Source: Marsupella aquatica
Taxonomy: Eukaryota; Plantae; Marchantiophyta
NCBI GenBank assembly: GCA_973895155.1
Contig: OZ316894.1
Location: 22,539,867 to 22,603,866, forward strand
Reading direction: 5' to 3'
Length of the DNA: 64,000 bases
Shown: piece by piece, positions 1 to 13,633 of the stretch
Layout of the letters: the number at the start of each line of letters is the position of its first letter
How positions within the stretch are numbered: position 1 is the stretch's first letter
The notes under the pieces: model-generated
Told to the model about the DNA's origin: nothing
Seen by the model: only the letters and a program-made list of their open reading frames with translations
Databases searched by the model: none
Made by a program: the position numbers and the translations under genes

Positions 1-78
1 TAATTTTAGTACAAGCAGAGTAGAAGTTTCACGATTAGCTGATTCAAATCTTGACTCTGCATTTTTTCAATAAATACA

Positions 79-224
79 CTGAAAATTGAAAGTGGCTTAT
101 AACTTGATGGTATGAGTCTTTAAAATAACCTTTAGTTTTTCACCTGCAAGTCAACTGAAAATTGAAAGTGGCTTATAACTTGATGGTAGGAGTCTTAAAA
201 TAACCTTTAGTTTTTCACCCGCAA
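79..224. repeat. ~75-bp tandem duplication
   Basis: actgaaaattgaaagtggcttataacttgatggta...tttttcacc(t/c)gcaag occurs at ~79-150 and ~154-224. Confidence 0.9.
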
Positions 225-721
225 GGAACTAGAGAAGGAGTAAACATAAAAATAAAAACACTAATATTTTATATTAACACAATGAAAATTAATTTACTAT
301 AATTTACCCCTCCTCATTCCATGATGAATAATTCATTGTGACTTTGATGGAAGTGTACTGTAGCTTACCTATTCCTCTACTATACGCAAAACTAAAAATA
401 TTTGAATCTATGAACATCCAATGATTACAATTAAACTCAAAAACCAATGTTGTGGAGCACCATTTTACTAAAAATTAAAAAGAGAAAAATCATGAAAGCC
501 ATATCAGAATTCTTCGTCACCTTAAAGATTCCAGGCCATTCCTGTCACTTCGAACTGTTTCTAAAGCTCTCTGGTCCAGGAAAATCTCTGGAAATTGGGT
601 GGAGAAAGAAATGGGAAATGAGACTGAAGTGCGTTCCATTTTTGAAGCATTGTCCACCGATTTTGTAGTCACCAAGGATAGAGGCATCGCCAGGGTTGTC
701 CTTCCTGCTTCATTGGTCGGT

Positions 722-1165
722 GTTACCATAGTGCCAAAGTATCCCCAGAAGTGTCTGATTGTAGTTGCTAACTATAGGAATGGAGGAATCAAACAAGCAC
801 TCCGAAAGGCTAAGTGAGGCAGGAGAGAGCTCGTTACCATAGTGCCAAAGTATCCCCAGAAGTGTCTGATTGTAGTTGCTAACTATAGGAATGGAGGAAT
901 CAAACAAGCACTCCGAAAGGCTAAGTGAGGCAGGAGAGAGCTCGTTACCATAGTGCCAAAGTATCCCCAGAAGTGTCTGATTGTAGTAGCCAACTATATG
1001 AATGGAGGAATCAAACAAGCACTCCCAAAGGCTAAGTGAGGCAGGAGAGAGCTCGTTACCATAGTGCCAAAGTATCCCCAGAAGTGACTGATTGTAGTTG
1101 CCAACTATCGGAATGGAGGAATCAAACAAGCACTCCCAAAGGCTAAGTGAGGCAGGAGAGAGCTC
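722..1165. repeat. 111-bp minisatellite, 4 copies plus a degenerate partial copy to ~1241
   Basis: Unit start gttaccatagtgccaaagtatcccc at 722, 833, 944 and 1055, an exact 111-nt period; explains the repetitive ORF 710..1216. Confidence 0.95.
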
Positions 1166-2212
1166 ACAACGCTCCTGCACAACACTAGAAGTGGAGGAAT
1201 CAAACGAGCGCTCCAATCATGAGTGAGGGAAGAGAGAGCTCACAATTCTTCCTGCCATGCCATGGCGGTATTCCGCACCACAAACAGATAGATATTCTCG
1301 TGACGGACTGAGGGACGGGATCATTCACTTTGTGACCAAACGGTGGTTACCTCAGGTCTGGCGAGTCCTCAACCTAGTACATTTTGGATTTCCATTCAAG
1401 CTCTGTGGTTCTTCCATTCAAGTCTGGCAGCTACCCGATTTTCATACAAAGAGCATTTTGGGATCCCAGCTGGATGAATGTCCCATCCGTGCTTGTGACT
1501 CACTAGTGGACATATCCTATCCAAGCTTCTACTCTCATAAGTAAACAAGTAAGTGACAACCATACTTTTTGATTCAAGTCTGGCAGGTACTCCACTTTCA
1601 TACAAAGAGCATTTTTGGGGGGATCCCGGCCAAGCTTATGACTCAAAAGTGGAGACGTTTTCTACAACCATAGCTGAGTCAACAGGCCATAATCTATCAT
1701 CTCCCAGAAGCGGTTTGGCAGACACTGTATTACAAAGGTAGCCAAAAATTGTCATAAATTGTACACTAGTGAAGGCAAATCCTTTCCGAGCACCATTTAC
1801 AATACAAGACACGCCTGGAGCTCCAATCTCCAATGCGAGCCTAAGTTTACATGTCTACTTTCTAACTTAGCAATGAATCGCCTGGGGGACTGAAACAGGT
1901 CCAAATGAGAAAGAATTGAAATAGTCTACCTAACATGACAAGCTTTCAGTTCTTCGACCCTCTGACAATAGGCTATTTGACTACTATCCACTGAACGTTT
2001 CTAGATGAACCAGTAGAGCCAATTGTGGAGAGCTGAATCAAGGACCAGTCCAAAATGCCCTCTCCCTGTTGTCCATTTTAGCGCTTACAAATTGTTCACC
2101 CAGCTTCTACTGAGATTCAATCCAGGAGGTTCCATCAGGCCCCGCCCAAGTTGTAAGCCCCACCGCGTAAGCTGAGTGGATGATTGTTAAGAGTCGTAGC
2201 AAACTCTGCTCA

Positions 2213-5200
2213 TTACGCCCATTTTCCATGAACAGGATCGCTATCTTCCTCTTCCAAGGCCCTCAAAGCATATGGCCGCCATAAAGTACATGAGGATAAA
2301 TCCATGTTGAGGCCATAACATAATCCTCGTAAGAGTACCATGGATCGCACCACCTGCAGTATCGAGTGATCAGAAATCAGTAGAGTCGTTTTCAATATAT
2401 AGGAACACAAAGCCCAGCATATGTTTGAAGCACTACACCTAATACATATTTATTACTGCGTACATTTAAGCAGAAACTAGGGATAACCTCAAGCTCCCCT
2501 AGCTGCCGAGAGTGCTCCATCTCCCCTAACTGTGAGAAGGATGTGTGACGTACCAGCCATAGTGCCTGGTTGAAGCCGGTCAAAGGAGTTTGCCTTAAGA
2601 TAGATTCTTCAGCCATTGGTGATACAGTTGCTTCATGTTCATAGCATGTGTCAAACAAGATTCTGGCCATTAAAGCAAGAGTGAAATTCTCCACCACTCC
2701 ACCATGAGCGTCTTGGAACCGCATGCCCAAGTTATGCAAAGCTGAGGCAATCTCTTCATCGTTATTGTTTCCCAGTGCAACTATCATTTGAGCGAGCAAC
2801 TTGCGCAACCCAGGCTCAAGCACCTTACTCTGCATTACATCAAGAATCATAGAATCAACCATGTCAAACTCAAGGACAACCTGAGACACGAAGTTAATCT
2901 CTTCAACAGTAGAACCAACTCGGTATCTGCGGTAAATCCTTGTACTAGCATCCGCACATATATTTGCAATGTTCAAACTTGCACATCTCCGGGAAGGGGT
3001 AAAAGTACAGTACTTGGCCAAAGTCAATGAGACCCAGCCGCCCATCTGAAAGCAAAAGCAGATTGCCAGCATGTGGATCCGCATGGAAGACTCCATCCTG
3101 CAGGAACATCTGTAGCGCAGAAAGATAATCAGAATGTGACGTGACCTCTGAGCGGAATCATCAGCTCGTCTTCTAACTTTCTTCAGTAAGAAATGAATCG
3201 AAAGCACAATTTCAATGTCTGGGAATTAATACCTGGCCATAAGCTAACACCAGATACTCCACATTGGTCACAACTTCAGGTATCCTGCAAAATCATAACT
3301 GTCATCAAAACCTTCCTCACTGGCTATCAAGTGAGAGGGCAAAACTCAGAAGTTACAATACTTCCACAAGACCGAAAATGCACAAACAGGATTGTGTACG
3401 GGAGCCCTAACAAACTCCATGAACAGTGAATCCAGGAACAGCTTGGTTCTGAAATCCTTTGATGCCAGAAAGGCAAAAGGAGCAGACTGTACATCAAGGT
3501 AAAATGAAGATAGATGATGCAGGGGTTGCTACCGAGGTGATTGTGAAGTAGCTAGATCAGTTCGTCAAAATTGTAATCCTCGGGTAAAGTTTAAATGATG
3601 CGGTACAGCAACCAAAGTCACGAAGCAAGAAGTACCTATTCTTCAACTCGGCAGACGCTTCTGGATGCAAGATGCGCGTAAATGGAATGCCGTCTAGCCT
3701 CTGCCAGTCACAAAAAGGTGAACTAAGTTTATCCGATCTTATCCGAAAAAACATAAATTCAATGCATGACAGAATACATGCCAACTGCGTGCTGGGACTC
3801 ATTTTTAATGACATTGCAATTGAGAGACGTACCTCCATCACAAGTAAACGTGTCGCACAAAAGTCAATGACTGGCTCTGGACAGACAATGCGGTCAAATC
3901 CACCTTTCTCAAGGTTCTTCTTGATAGTGGTCTGCAACAAAAGTAATTTCTCTCACACATGGATCAAGAGGATGTATACATGGATGAGGAGAAATTTTCG
4001 CAAAGGATGTGTATACTATTTACTCTTTCACCCAGAAGGCTGTCACTACTGTTGAAGCTCAAATCAGAGGTCGAGCGCAGAAAGATAAGTGTGTACCATG
4101 AACCAGACTTCACGCTCAAAATCAAATTCTAAGGGGATTGTCTTTTGAATTTCTCTAACAACCTGCAAGCACAAACGAGAGAATTTCCAAAAATCGACAT
4201 GAGGAGCATGCCCACTTGTTGAAACAGTGTGCATATCGATGTCAGAAACTTTTTAACTGCATCCCTTCGTTTGATGCGACAACAAGATTGAATGAATCGA
4301 CCCTTGGCTAAGCAAAAGTATTTGCAATATGCCTATGTGAGCAAGATCTGCTAGAAAAAGCTATACTGGGCATACGTATGAATCTAACCATGGTCAACAA
4401 CAGGAACTCTCCATTTTCAATTACTGTTGTAAAATTTCCAATGCTTTTGAACAACAACTCGACTGCCTAGATTGAGGACGTAAGATGCAGTGAATGGCAA
4501 ATCGTAATGTATCCTTGATGTGCGATGAGTATTTGCATGTATGATGATATAGGCGAACTTAAAACATGTTCCTCTTCCAGACACAGACGGCTGACAGTGG
4601 AGATATAGCTATTTAGATGTTTCGACTTACAGGGCCAAGATCAAACGGAAGTTGCCCCTCCAGAAATTTGGCTACCTGCAACGAGGTGAGGCCAAGCACA
4701 ACAAATTTTAGTCCCTACCCCACAACCATTCTCACCATCCATTGTACTCCTAAGACTAGATGCAAATGTCAAGAACTTGCAGTCCAGTTACTATCAGACA
4801 CAACACCAATCATTGCAAAATTGATTCCCATTGGTTTTTGAAATTATAACAACATCGAATACGTTAGCTGAGGAGATGCTCGATCCACCGGGAAGTATTT
4901 CACTTCTCTGTAGTTAGGGAACATCAAAACTTGAGAGGAGATAAGATGCATTTATTCTGATAGAGAGGGCCTGGACAGTTCTTACCCAGACTATGTTCCG
5001 TAAGTCAGACTTCATGACATTCTCCATGCCCAAATGTTGAACCTTTATCACTACCCGTCTACCATTTCTTAGCTCTGCCCCATGAACCTGCCAGAAAGTA
5101 AATGTAATTAGCAAAATATAATGCTTTTATGTAGAAGTACGTAATTAGTGAGACCAGACAAATGGAGCTGAAAACTGCACGGATGGCTTTTGATGTAGTG

Positions 5201-7301
5201 CATCATTCAAGATATTCACTTCTGCTTCAAAGAGCTGCTGTTGACAAGCATTTCTCAACCGTGGCAAATACTGTATGCTTAACGCTGCTTGTTTAAGAGG
5301 TCTGGTATGTACCTGTGCGATGGATGCAGCGGCAATGCATGTTTCTTCGACAAATGAAAATGCAGCATCCAAAGGCACTAAACCTTGCGCATCTGTTGAC
5401 AGAGTGGATCTCCTTGGACATTTTCCAAGCTGCAACCGGATACTCTTTTCTACCTCTGGAAATGGACGCGGGGGAGCATTATCTAAGTGATTCGACAATC
5501 GTCGTATCCATGGTTCTGGCACAAAGTCCTGTAGAAATGATGGAACATATTAACAGGCTCAGAAGAGGGCAAGAAAGTGGCTTGCACGGTAACAAAGTTT
5601 GAACAACCTACTACAGTAAACGATAAAGATTATTTGACCCAGTGCCTTAAGAATGGGCTATCAATCATATCTCGCAAATGATTTCTTAATACAGCCTGAC
5701 ACGGCCATCAAATGACGCCACCGTCTCATAATCAAATCAGATAGAATCAATAAATATTCAGTGCACGACAAAAGTTTTAAATTTAGGAAACTCACAGCCT
5801 TGGTGGCAAGGATTTGCGCAGATTTGACATAGAAGCCGCTAAGGTCCAGAACCAACCTGTGCACTCTGTCCCCACCCCACTCATGTCTTGCAGCCCACAA
5901 CTTTTCGGTATCTTCTCGAGATTTTCCTTTTGCTGTGTACTTCGTTTTCATATACCTGCTTCCAAGCAGCCGTAACGACTGCTAAATAAAATTATTTCTA
6001 ACACTCACCGAGGCAAAGAGGACTATACTCGGCCGACGTGCCCCAGTAACAGCAGGAAGCAACAACACAATTGCAATAGCTATATAAAATACCAAAACCA
6101 TTCTGTGCGTTTGGATATCTGACTCCATTCGACGTATAAAAATGAATCAACGTTTGAACAGCTGTCTAAAGAGTGAATACCTACACCCTCAATGAGCTTG
6201 GAGTTAACCTGTACATTTTTGCCGTGATCCTCAGGACCGGTAGTAAATGCCCATTTGGAGAGGGAACAAGAAAAAAGGAAGGAGAACCAGCAAACCTACC
6301 CGCAATAGATGGGCATGAGACGCCGCCAGAACCGAGCTGTTCGATACGCATCGGGTAAACCCCACCGAACGATAGGTCTTGCAACTGTGATGTAGAGTAC
6401 AGGGGCTGCGAGCCCTTTAAAAGGCGCAACGTAACTGTTCTTAGCCCCTGGCACCTGCTTTGCAAAGGTAGAGACTAAACTGTGTCACTCATAATTGATA
6501 GAGGACACGAATTCACATCATTTCCTACGACCGTGACACATTTTTCATCAATACACTTCATATTTTCAGTAAGATTATTAACCGAGGACAAGCACTTCCC
6601 AGAAGCCAGATTAATTTAGAGTTGAGTTCCAAAAATTCAGCATAAAAGTCCAGACGATGGACTTGCCACTTAAAGTTCAAGGACACACTACTCGTGAAAA
6701 CCAGGAGCCCAGCCCTGGGAAAGAGTGCCCATGATCATTCATGTCGGCATAAAAAGGGAGATTGCATATGTCAAAAAATTACCAGGAATTTGAGCGGATC
6801 AATGCTTAGAGTGCAGAGGCTATACGCTTGCAAGTAGGGCCAGATATTGCCGCAAAAAGTCCGTGCGACCAGAAGGCCCACAATCTTGAGCAACGTTGTG
6901 ACGCCTCCCGCGAGTAGCGTTCTCACGTCAGCTGCTGTGGTGGAGAACCGGAAAACGCCTCCCCCTTTTCCTCTGTCGTTCAAACTAATCTGCAGGCCTG
7001 GTGCTCTATTTGTCCTCGCGACATGGTACCCAGAAACAGAGGAATTGGAAGTTCGAACGAGAGATTCGTGCTGGAAGTTTTGCATGACAAGACTACCATT
7101 CCCATACTTGTTGGGTTCCTCCAACTGAACATCGGCATTTCCGTCTCGTCCTGTTGAATTTGGCCGGTGAATCTTTACCATAGAAGGAGAAGATGAATCA
7201 AGAGCGGCCCTCTGGCCTCCGGAATCCCTGGATTCTTCGATGCGAGACAGCATTCCGTACCGGAGACGGCTTGTGCTCTCGTCGTCGTGATGGTACTCCA
7301 T
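2213..7301 (-). CDS. ABC1/UbiB (AarF-domain) atypical protein kinase, multi-exon; exon boundaries only partly resolved
   Basis: Exon fragments read [53 protein letters not shown]...RLLVME and [32 protein letters not shown] (~3020-3110); the last exon [11 protein letters not shown]...WRPYA ends at stop 2213; ATG at 7301. Confidence 0.88.
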
Positions 7302-7789
7302 TTCGGTTGCCCCTCTGAACAAGCCTCACACAAAATTCGAAATGCTCATCCACCGCCAAGAAGCTTTCATTCTCTCATTCTCTTACACTGCTCCATGGAT
7401 TCCAATCCATGCTCCAAACGACCAGTGCATTAACGTTCTCAACCTGATTCCAATCCATGCTCCAGAAGCCCAGTGCATTAAAGTTCTCAACCTTGCTCCG
7501 CGATGAGAGACACCTAAAAACAGCAAATCCAAACCTCAGTAGATGTTCATTCAACTCTTGTGGCCGACACTGTCCATACCTGACTTGCAGCAGTGAATGC
7601 TCCTCCATTCAACTCCTGTGGCGGACACTGCTCGCGTTGTGTGGGACACAAGTGTATGCGTGAGCCCGTGTCGCACGATGCACGAACAAGAGAGACGCAA
7701 AGTAAATGTAGTACTCCATATCTTATTTGCATGCAGAGCACCGCCTGTCGCGCTGAGACCATCGCTCAGGGCTCGCCCTCGGCTTCCCA

Positions 7790-8635
7790 GGGGACCCTCC
7801 TTTGTGCCCTGTGGACGGTGTTGTGCCCTGTGGACGGTGTACCCTCTGGACGGATGGATGGATGTTAGGTTTAACCTGACGGGCAACTTGACGCCTTGCC
7901 GAGCACGTAAAACTGTCAAATGACGGCCCAAAAATGGCCCATTTGTCGCATATTCCAAATTACTCTCTGGCCTTTCCCAAACTCAATCCCGACCCAGTCC
8001 CGGGCTCCCCCAAACCCCTCCCGGCCCGGTCCTAGGCTCCCCAAGACTCCCCCAGTTTAGCGAGCCTGCAGTTCGGGGCCGGGCTGGGTCGGAGCCGGTC
8101 GGGAGGGGTTCAGGAGGGGCTGGGAGAGTTTGAATCAGGGTGGGGTTCTGGAGAGTTCCTATCCGAGTCGAGATTCAGAGTCCGGGTTCGGGAGAGGCAG
8201 AGTTTGGGGTTCGGGAGGAAACTTCCTCCCTCCAAGGATGAGTTTGGGAGGGGAGTCGATAAGGGGAGAGCGGAGTTCGGGGAGCCGGGGAAAGCCGAGT
8301 TCAGGAGAGCTGGAGAAAGCGAGTTCGGGGAGAGCTGGGGAAAGCGAGTTTGGGAGAGAGTTCGGGGGTTGGGCAGGGTTCGGGGTTCGGCTGCTGGAGG
8401 ACTGTGGCGCCTGCGCGGGGTTCGGGGGTAGGCGGCTGGGGGTTGGTCGGGATCAGGGGTTCGGGGGGTGGGGTTTGGGGTGGGGTCCGGGGTCAGAGTT
8501 CGGAGTTCGGGAGGTCGGGAGGTCAGGAAGTCGGGGTTGACACTTTGACGTTTTGACGGAGTTTTTTGGCCAGTTTGACGGGCAAGGTCAAACCAGGGAT
8601 GGATGGACGGACACTAGTGTATTATCAGGGGGTCT
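7790..8635. mobile_element. Putative non-autonomous element: G-rich core of gagttcggg-like repeats with imperfect inverted ends and (ggat/ggac)n flanks
   Basis: Abrupt GC-rich, G-skewed block; ggtttaacctgacgggcaac (~7867) is imperfectly inverted to gacgggcaaggtcaaacc (~8577-8594); ggatggatgga on both sides; a related motif at ~9340-9420. Confidence 0.4.
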
Positions 8636-11600
8636 CAAACACCGGGCCGGGACTATTTTACGGCCATCCGCTGTAGGTTCGGATGGTCACGGAATGACAT
8701 ATACGTGCGGGAGCCATTTGTCTGGTCTGCACACTCTCTGGTTGCGGGACTTGAGTGTTTCTTGTCGACCAACTTGGCTCACTTTTGTGAATCCTGTGTT
8801 GGTTTACGAGCAACTCACTTCATGTTTCCAACAAGCAACTGTGAAACCTGAGTGCCATAGCTCGCAGTAGCAATCTTACAGTGCACTACAAATAAAAACC
8901 CTATCGATGTCTAACTCTGTAATCTCCGTCCGCGGTCAGTCTTACAGGCCCAATATTTGAGACCCCCTATTGGGGCGTGTCCAAGTTCTCCAATGACCTG
9001 CCCTATTCCAATGTTACATTACAGGAGAGATGTACTTGATGGGCCCAAGAATAAAGAGTGTTGCTTGATGTAACTTGACATGAGTGGTCCATTGATAGAC
9101 CTTAAATCAACTTACTCAAAATCTCATGGGGTCCATCAAGTAACACCTTAAATCACCTAAGAGGATTGCTTGTTCCTCGCCCTTTGGCTTCCTCTTAGTA
9201 ACACTTTAAATCAACTTAAGATGGATTAACAGACAGTAAAGTACTCTAATATTACAGTAGGGTTTGCATTTGCCCTCTTTCTTTGAGTTTGGGGTTTGTC
9301 CTCTCTAGACCTCTTTTGTGACTAAGAGGAATGCCCAGAGGGACGCGGCATTTTGCCCTATGGACAGATGGACAGATGGCTGGATGGACAGGCAGAACTT
9401 AAAGTAAAATAGTACTAGAGGGTCTGCATTTGTCCGCTTCTTTTGAGTTTGGTCATTATCCTGTGTAGGTCTCTTTTGCTTTTACTCGTCTTTTAAGTTT
9501 GGTGGTGGTACATTCTAGACCTCTTCTGCTTTTCATCCTACTTTGTTTGTCCCTATTTTCTAATTGGTCATTGTTCTCTTATTAGGGTAGGGGCTACCAA
9601 GTTTTGCTCAAACAATAAGTAATTATTGAAAATTTCTGTCCTATAGGTAATACGTTTGTGGAACTTGGGAAATTTTGTACGATGAATAAACTTAGGCTTC
9701 TGATGTAAAACACTGATTTATCAGTGTATACATTGTTTTCAAAGTTAGAAATTATTTAAGGCATTGGGGTCTAATGTGATGAAAAAATCTTCACTTTTTG
9801 TGGAGGCCATCCTTGAAGATGATAGTCCCTACTATGCTCAGGAAGGAGCCCTTGCAGAGCTTGACTGTCCCAAGTACTAGCCCAATGCCCATGCATACAC
9901 ACAAGATGGAGTCCCTGGACCTACACTCCCCATGCCCATCCCAACTCACAAGTATAGTCTAGATATAAGAATTTACCAGAGAAATTACCTCCTCTGGCTT
10001 CTCTAGGGAGCAGGTCATGAAGAGACTTGGTCGCGAATTGTAATAGAGATTTTCATTTCCCAAGCTACCAAGGGCTACTGTATCCTGGAGAAAAAAGGTT
10101 GTTTGCCTGTCATCACGGTTGCTTGCCAAAGGAGTAAAAGATTATCTGTCATGGTGAGGTGATGATCCCTTGCTTACCCTTGAATGCCCTGGTGAACCCT
10201 CCATTTTGCCCTGTATTTGGGCATACATACACACAGTAAGATTGTTTGAGAAGAACACTCACTAAGTTGAGGATATATATGCCATGATCAATAATGCCAT
10301 AATCAATATATCAGTTGCCAAAAATCAAAAGGCACCCAACCTAGAGACAAGATTCTAAAGGCAGAAGACCCAATAAAGGGGAGAAAACAAGGGGATAACC
10401 TCAGAAAAAAAGAGCCAAAAAGCTAGTGAGTCCCAGCAAGAGTTCTCCACATTAGATTGCCATAGCATGACACATTATTGTAAAGGTCCATGACCATGGA
10501 GCCCGCCACGGGCTTGATCACACAGACTGAAGGAAATCTCTATGCACTAAGTCCCTTTCAACTTGCATGAGCTGAATGTTGGGGCATAGCTAAACCTTTG
10601 TGGACGGTTGCTGGGGTCAGGCACCCCTACTACAAAAGCAGTGTTGCATGAAAAGAATCGATATAAGCTTGTGAGACAAAATGGGCTCTCCATATAAACA
10701 AAATCCCAGTTTTGGGGCCAGCCAATGTCATAACCAACCGAAGTGGTTTTGTAGGGTACAATGCTAGTACAAGGTAAAGGGAACCACCCACTGGAGGTTG
10801 GTGGCCATGATTGAACCTATCGCTTCTCTACACGGGATAGCATTATTAGCATACATTGGATATCAAAAGATGAAGAATATTACATGGGGCGGACTTTTAT
10901 TTATTTATTTAATTTTATTTCAAAAAGAACAAGGAAACTTGTTTATTTGCCAAGGGAGCTCAATCGAGTTACTTTTTAATGATCCATTCCCGTACAGCAA
11001 ATAACCTCCCCCTCTTTGGATACTAGTGTTTATTCTCTCATCTGGGCTCTCGTCTCGCAACGTCATTCAGTCATCTAGCAACTAGCAGAGAATTACGGAG
11101 AAAGGTTGTTTGGCTGTCCACAAATCCTTTCCAAGGGTGACAAGGCAATCGCTGTGGTGAGTCATCAATGAACTAGGCAGCGAGATGCTCCCGTCTAGTC
11201 TGTCTAGACAAAGACTACCTCGAGTTGGGTGCTTGCCCTGGAATATCTAATTGGGAACATACTTATAAGACACGTTTCTTATAAGCAAACCCCATCCTTC
11301 GTCAAATTTTGATTGGATTTACAAATGTACTATACGACATACTGCAAGCAAACCGCATCCTTCGTCACCTGTTGATTGAATCTACAAGTGTACTATATCA
11401 GCAGCCCAGGTGGCAGGGGTGGCTTGTGATCAGCAAGTCTCAAGTTCAATCCTTACCCAGACACTTGTGTTTCAGAGACACTTGTGTTTCAGATTCTGCT
11501 CCTACATGAAAATGTGAGCTTTATACCCAAACCGCTAATCCTCACCCAGACACTGCTGTTTCAGAATTCTGCTCCTACATCAAATATGGGCTTTATACCA

Positions 11601-11859
11601 AACAGCTTGGGACAGGTCAAATATGTTGTGCGCTACAGGTGCTTGTGGTAACTGTATACAAAATATGAACCAGAGATTTTCCCAGCATGCAAGCTAGTCC
11701 GGCAGATAGGTCAATGGTGGTCCCTCCTTATGAAGAAAAAATAGATTGTCGGGTATTTTTCCCCAAGGAATGGCAAATCACTTCCAAGAACTTATTGTAG
11801 AACAAGAGAAAAATTGGAAGCTATGGTACGCTTAAAGTACACTGCTTGTGTATGTACCC

Positions 11860-12585
11860 TAACCTAAACCCACACTTTCTTCTGAATCAAGCTATTCATG
11901 AAGAAAGTGGGGAGAGTCAAAATATCCCAATCATTTAGGTGCAGTAATTGGAACCATCCAAAACTTCTTATATAAATTGCAGGAACAGTCAAAACCTGCT
12001 TGTGTATAGACTCTAAACTAAACCCACACTTTCTTCTGAATCAAGCTTTTCATGAAGAAAGTGTGGGGTGAGTCAAAATATCCCAAATCATTTTCCCAGG
12101 GAATACCCCAATCATTTAGGTGCAGTAATTGGAACGATTCAAAACTTCGTATATAAATTGCAGGAGAACAGTCAAAACCTTTGCGGACAGGTATACTCTT
12201 TCCATAAATTTGCCAACAAATATTTTTGGTGTGCAGAAGATCTAAAGTTTTGAAACTATGCCGTTGTGCTTTGCTGGTAAGCAAAACGCTTTTCAGACAA
12301 CAAAAAAGCAACAGCACACGCGTTCTTCAATCTAGACGCTTTGTAATAGACCAATAGAAGTATGCCATGGAGAAAAGATGAAGAATTTCACCACCTAAAG
12401 CTACACCTGAAGGGGTCATTCAATTTCTAAGATCTGCTCCAGACGAAGCACACACGTTCTTCAATCTAGACGCTTTGTAATAGACCAATAGAAGCAGGCC
12501 ATGGAGAAAGATGAAGCATCTCATCACCTAAAGCTACACCTGAAGGGGTGATTCAATTTCTAAGGTCTGCTCCAGAAGAAATGTC
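11860..12585. repeat. Two adjacent local duplications (~150 bp and ~130 bp)
   Basis: ctaaacccacactttcttctgaatcaagct at ~11864 and ~12018; cacacgcgttcttcaatctagacgctttg at ~12315 with a near-identical copy at ~12450. Confidence 0.85.
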
Positions 12586-13633
12586 ACGACGGAAAGACAT
12601 GGAGGAAAAGACACAGCCTGGCCGAACAACGTAACCTTTAATAGTGTAACTTTGCTGTCGGTTGGCTTGCTTAGCTGAGTATGGGATTTACCTTTGTGGC
12701 AAGGGATAAAGCTGATGTTCCCTAAACTTGTATTGACCAAGTTTCTGCTACGTGAATGAAAATTCAGGAGAAAATTACATGGTGCAGGAGCATTCTTCTA
12801 GACGGAAAGAAAAGCACTGGCAAAATATTCAGCTAGGCGTGGCAGGATACATTTCCTTAAAAATGAACTACAGAAGGACATCGCTTCTACAATGAATGAC
12901 ATGCCAGACACAAGTCGAGCCTGCACGAATGTTATGTGTCACGAGTAACAATCGGAAGCGTCAGTTTTTTAAGCCGAGCTGTCCAGTATTTTTTAATTTT
13001 TATTATAAATTTGGTACTTCATTCCGCGCGAATCCCCCGGATGGGGGGACCAAGCAAAGCCAAAAGGCAGGAAAGCCAAACAGGCAGATAAGCTGTCCAG
13101 TATTTGACTCGCACATTCTGAATTGTATGACAACAGGGTGACGAGAGACAGAAGATTTGACCTCAAAAAAACACCTGCACTAGAGACCGGATAAGAGGAG
13201 AGACTCCGTTGATCCAAGCTCTACAATTCACTGTACTTCTCATATGGCCTCCCGTCTACCTTATTATAGAGACTAGAAACACATACACTGATTAGGATGG
13301 CAAAGTGTAGGAACAGATCTGTAACGAAACTATATTCCGTGACCAAAACAAGTGATGACCAATAAGTAAACAAGCCAAAGCTAAGCTCGCCAACCAAACA
13401 CATTCACTGATTAGAATGGCCAAGTGCAGAATAAGGTCTGTAACGAAACTATATGCGGGAAGTAAACAACCCAAATTTGCTTCCAAACTTCTAGGCCCCC
13501 AAAACTTCAGCCAGATTTCAAGGATGGATTTTTTTGAGAGACGACTTGATTTTCATGAAAGGTCCGAGCTACTATACATTGAGATTTGTCTGGAGCAAGT
13601 GAGAGCTGCTGTGGGGCCCTAAAAAACCTAGAA

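Noticed and set aside
2392-3207. 271-aa ORF as an independent gene
   Set aside because: Read-through of ABC1 kinase exons and introns
8130-8556. Gly-rich ORFs
   Set aside because: By-product of G-rich low-complexity sequence
9700-11300. Possible degenerate retroelement fragments
   Set aside because: Only weak internal similarity (~10085 versus ~11097) and no RT or integrase motif identified
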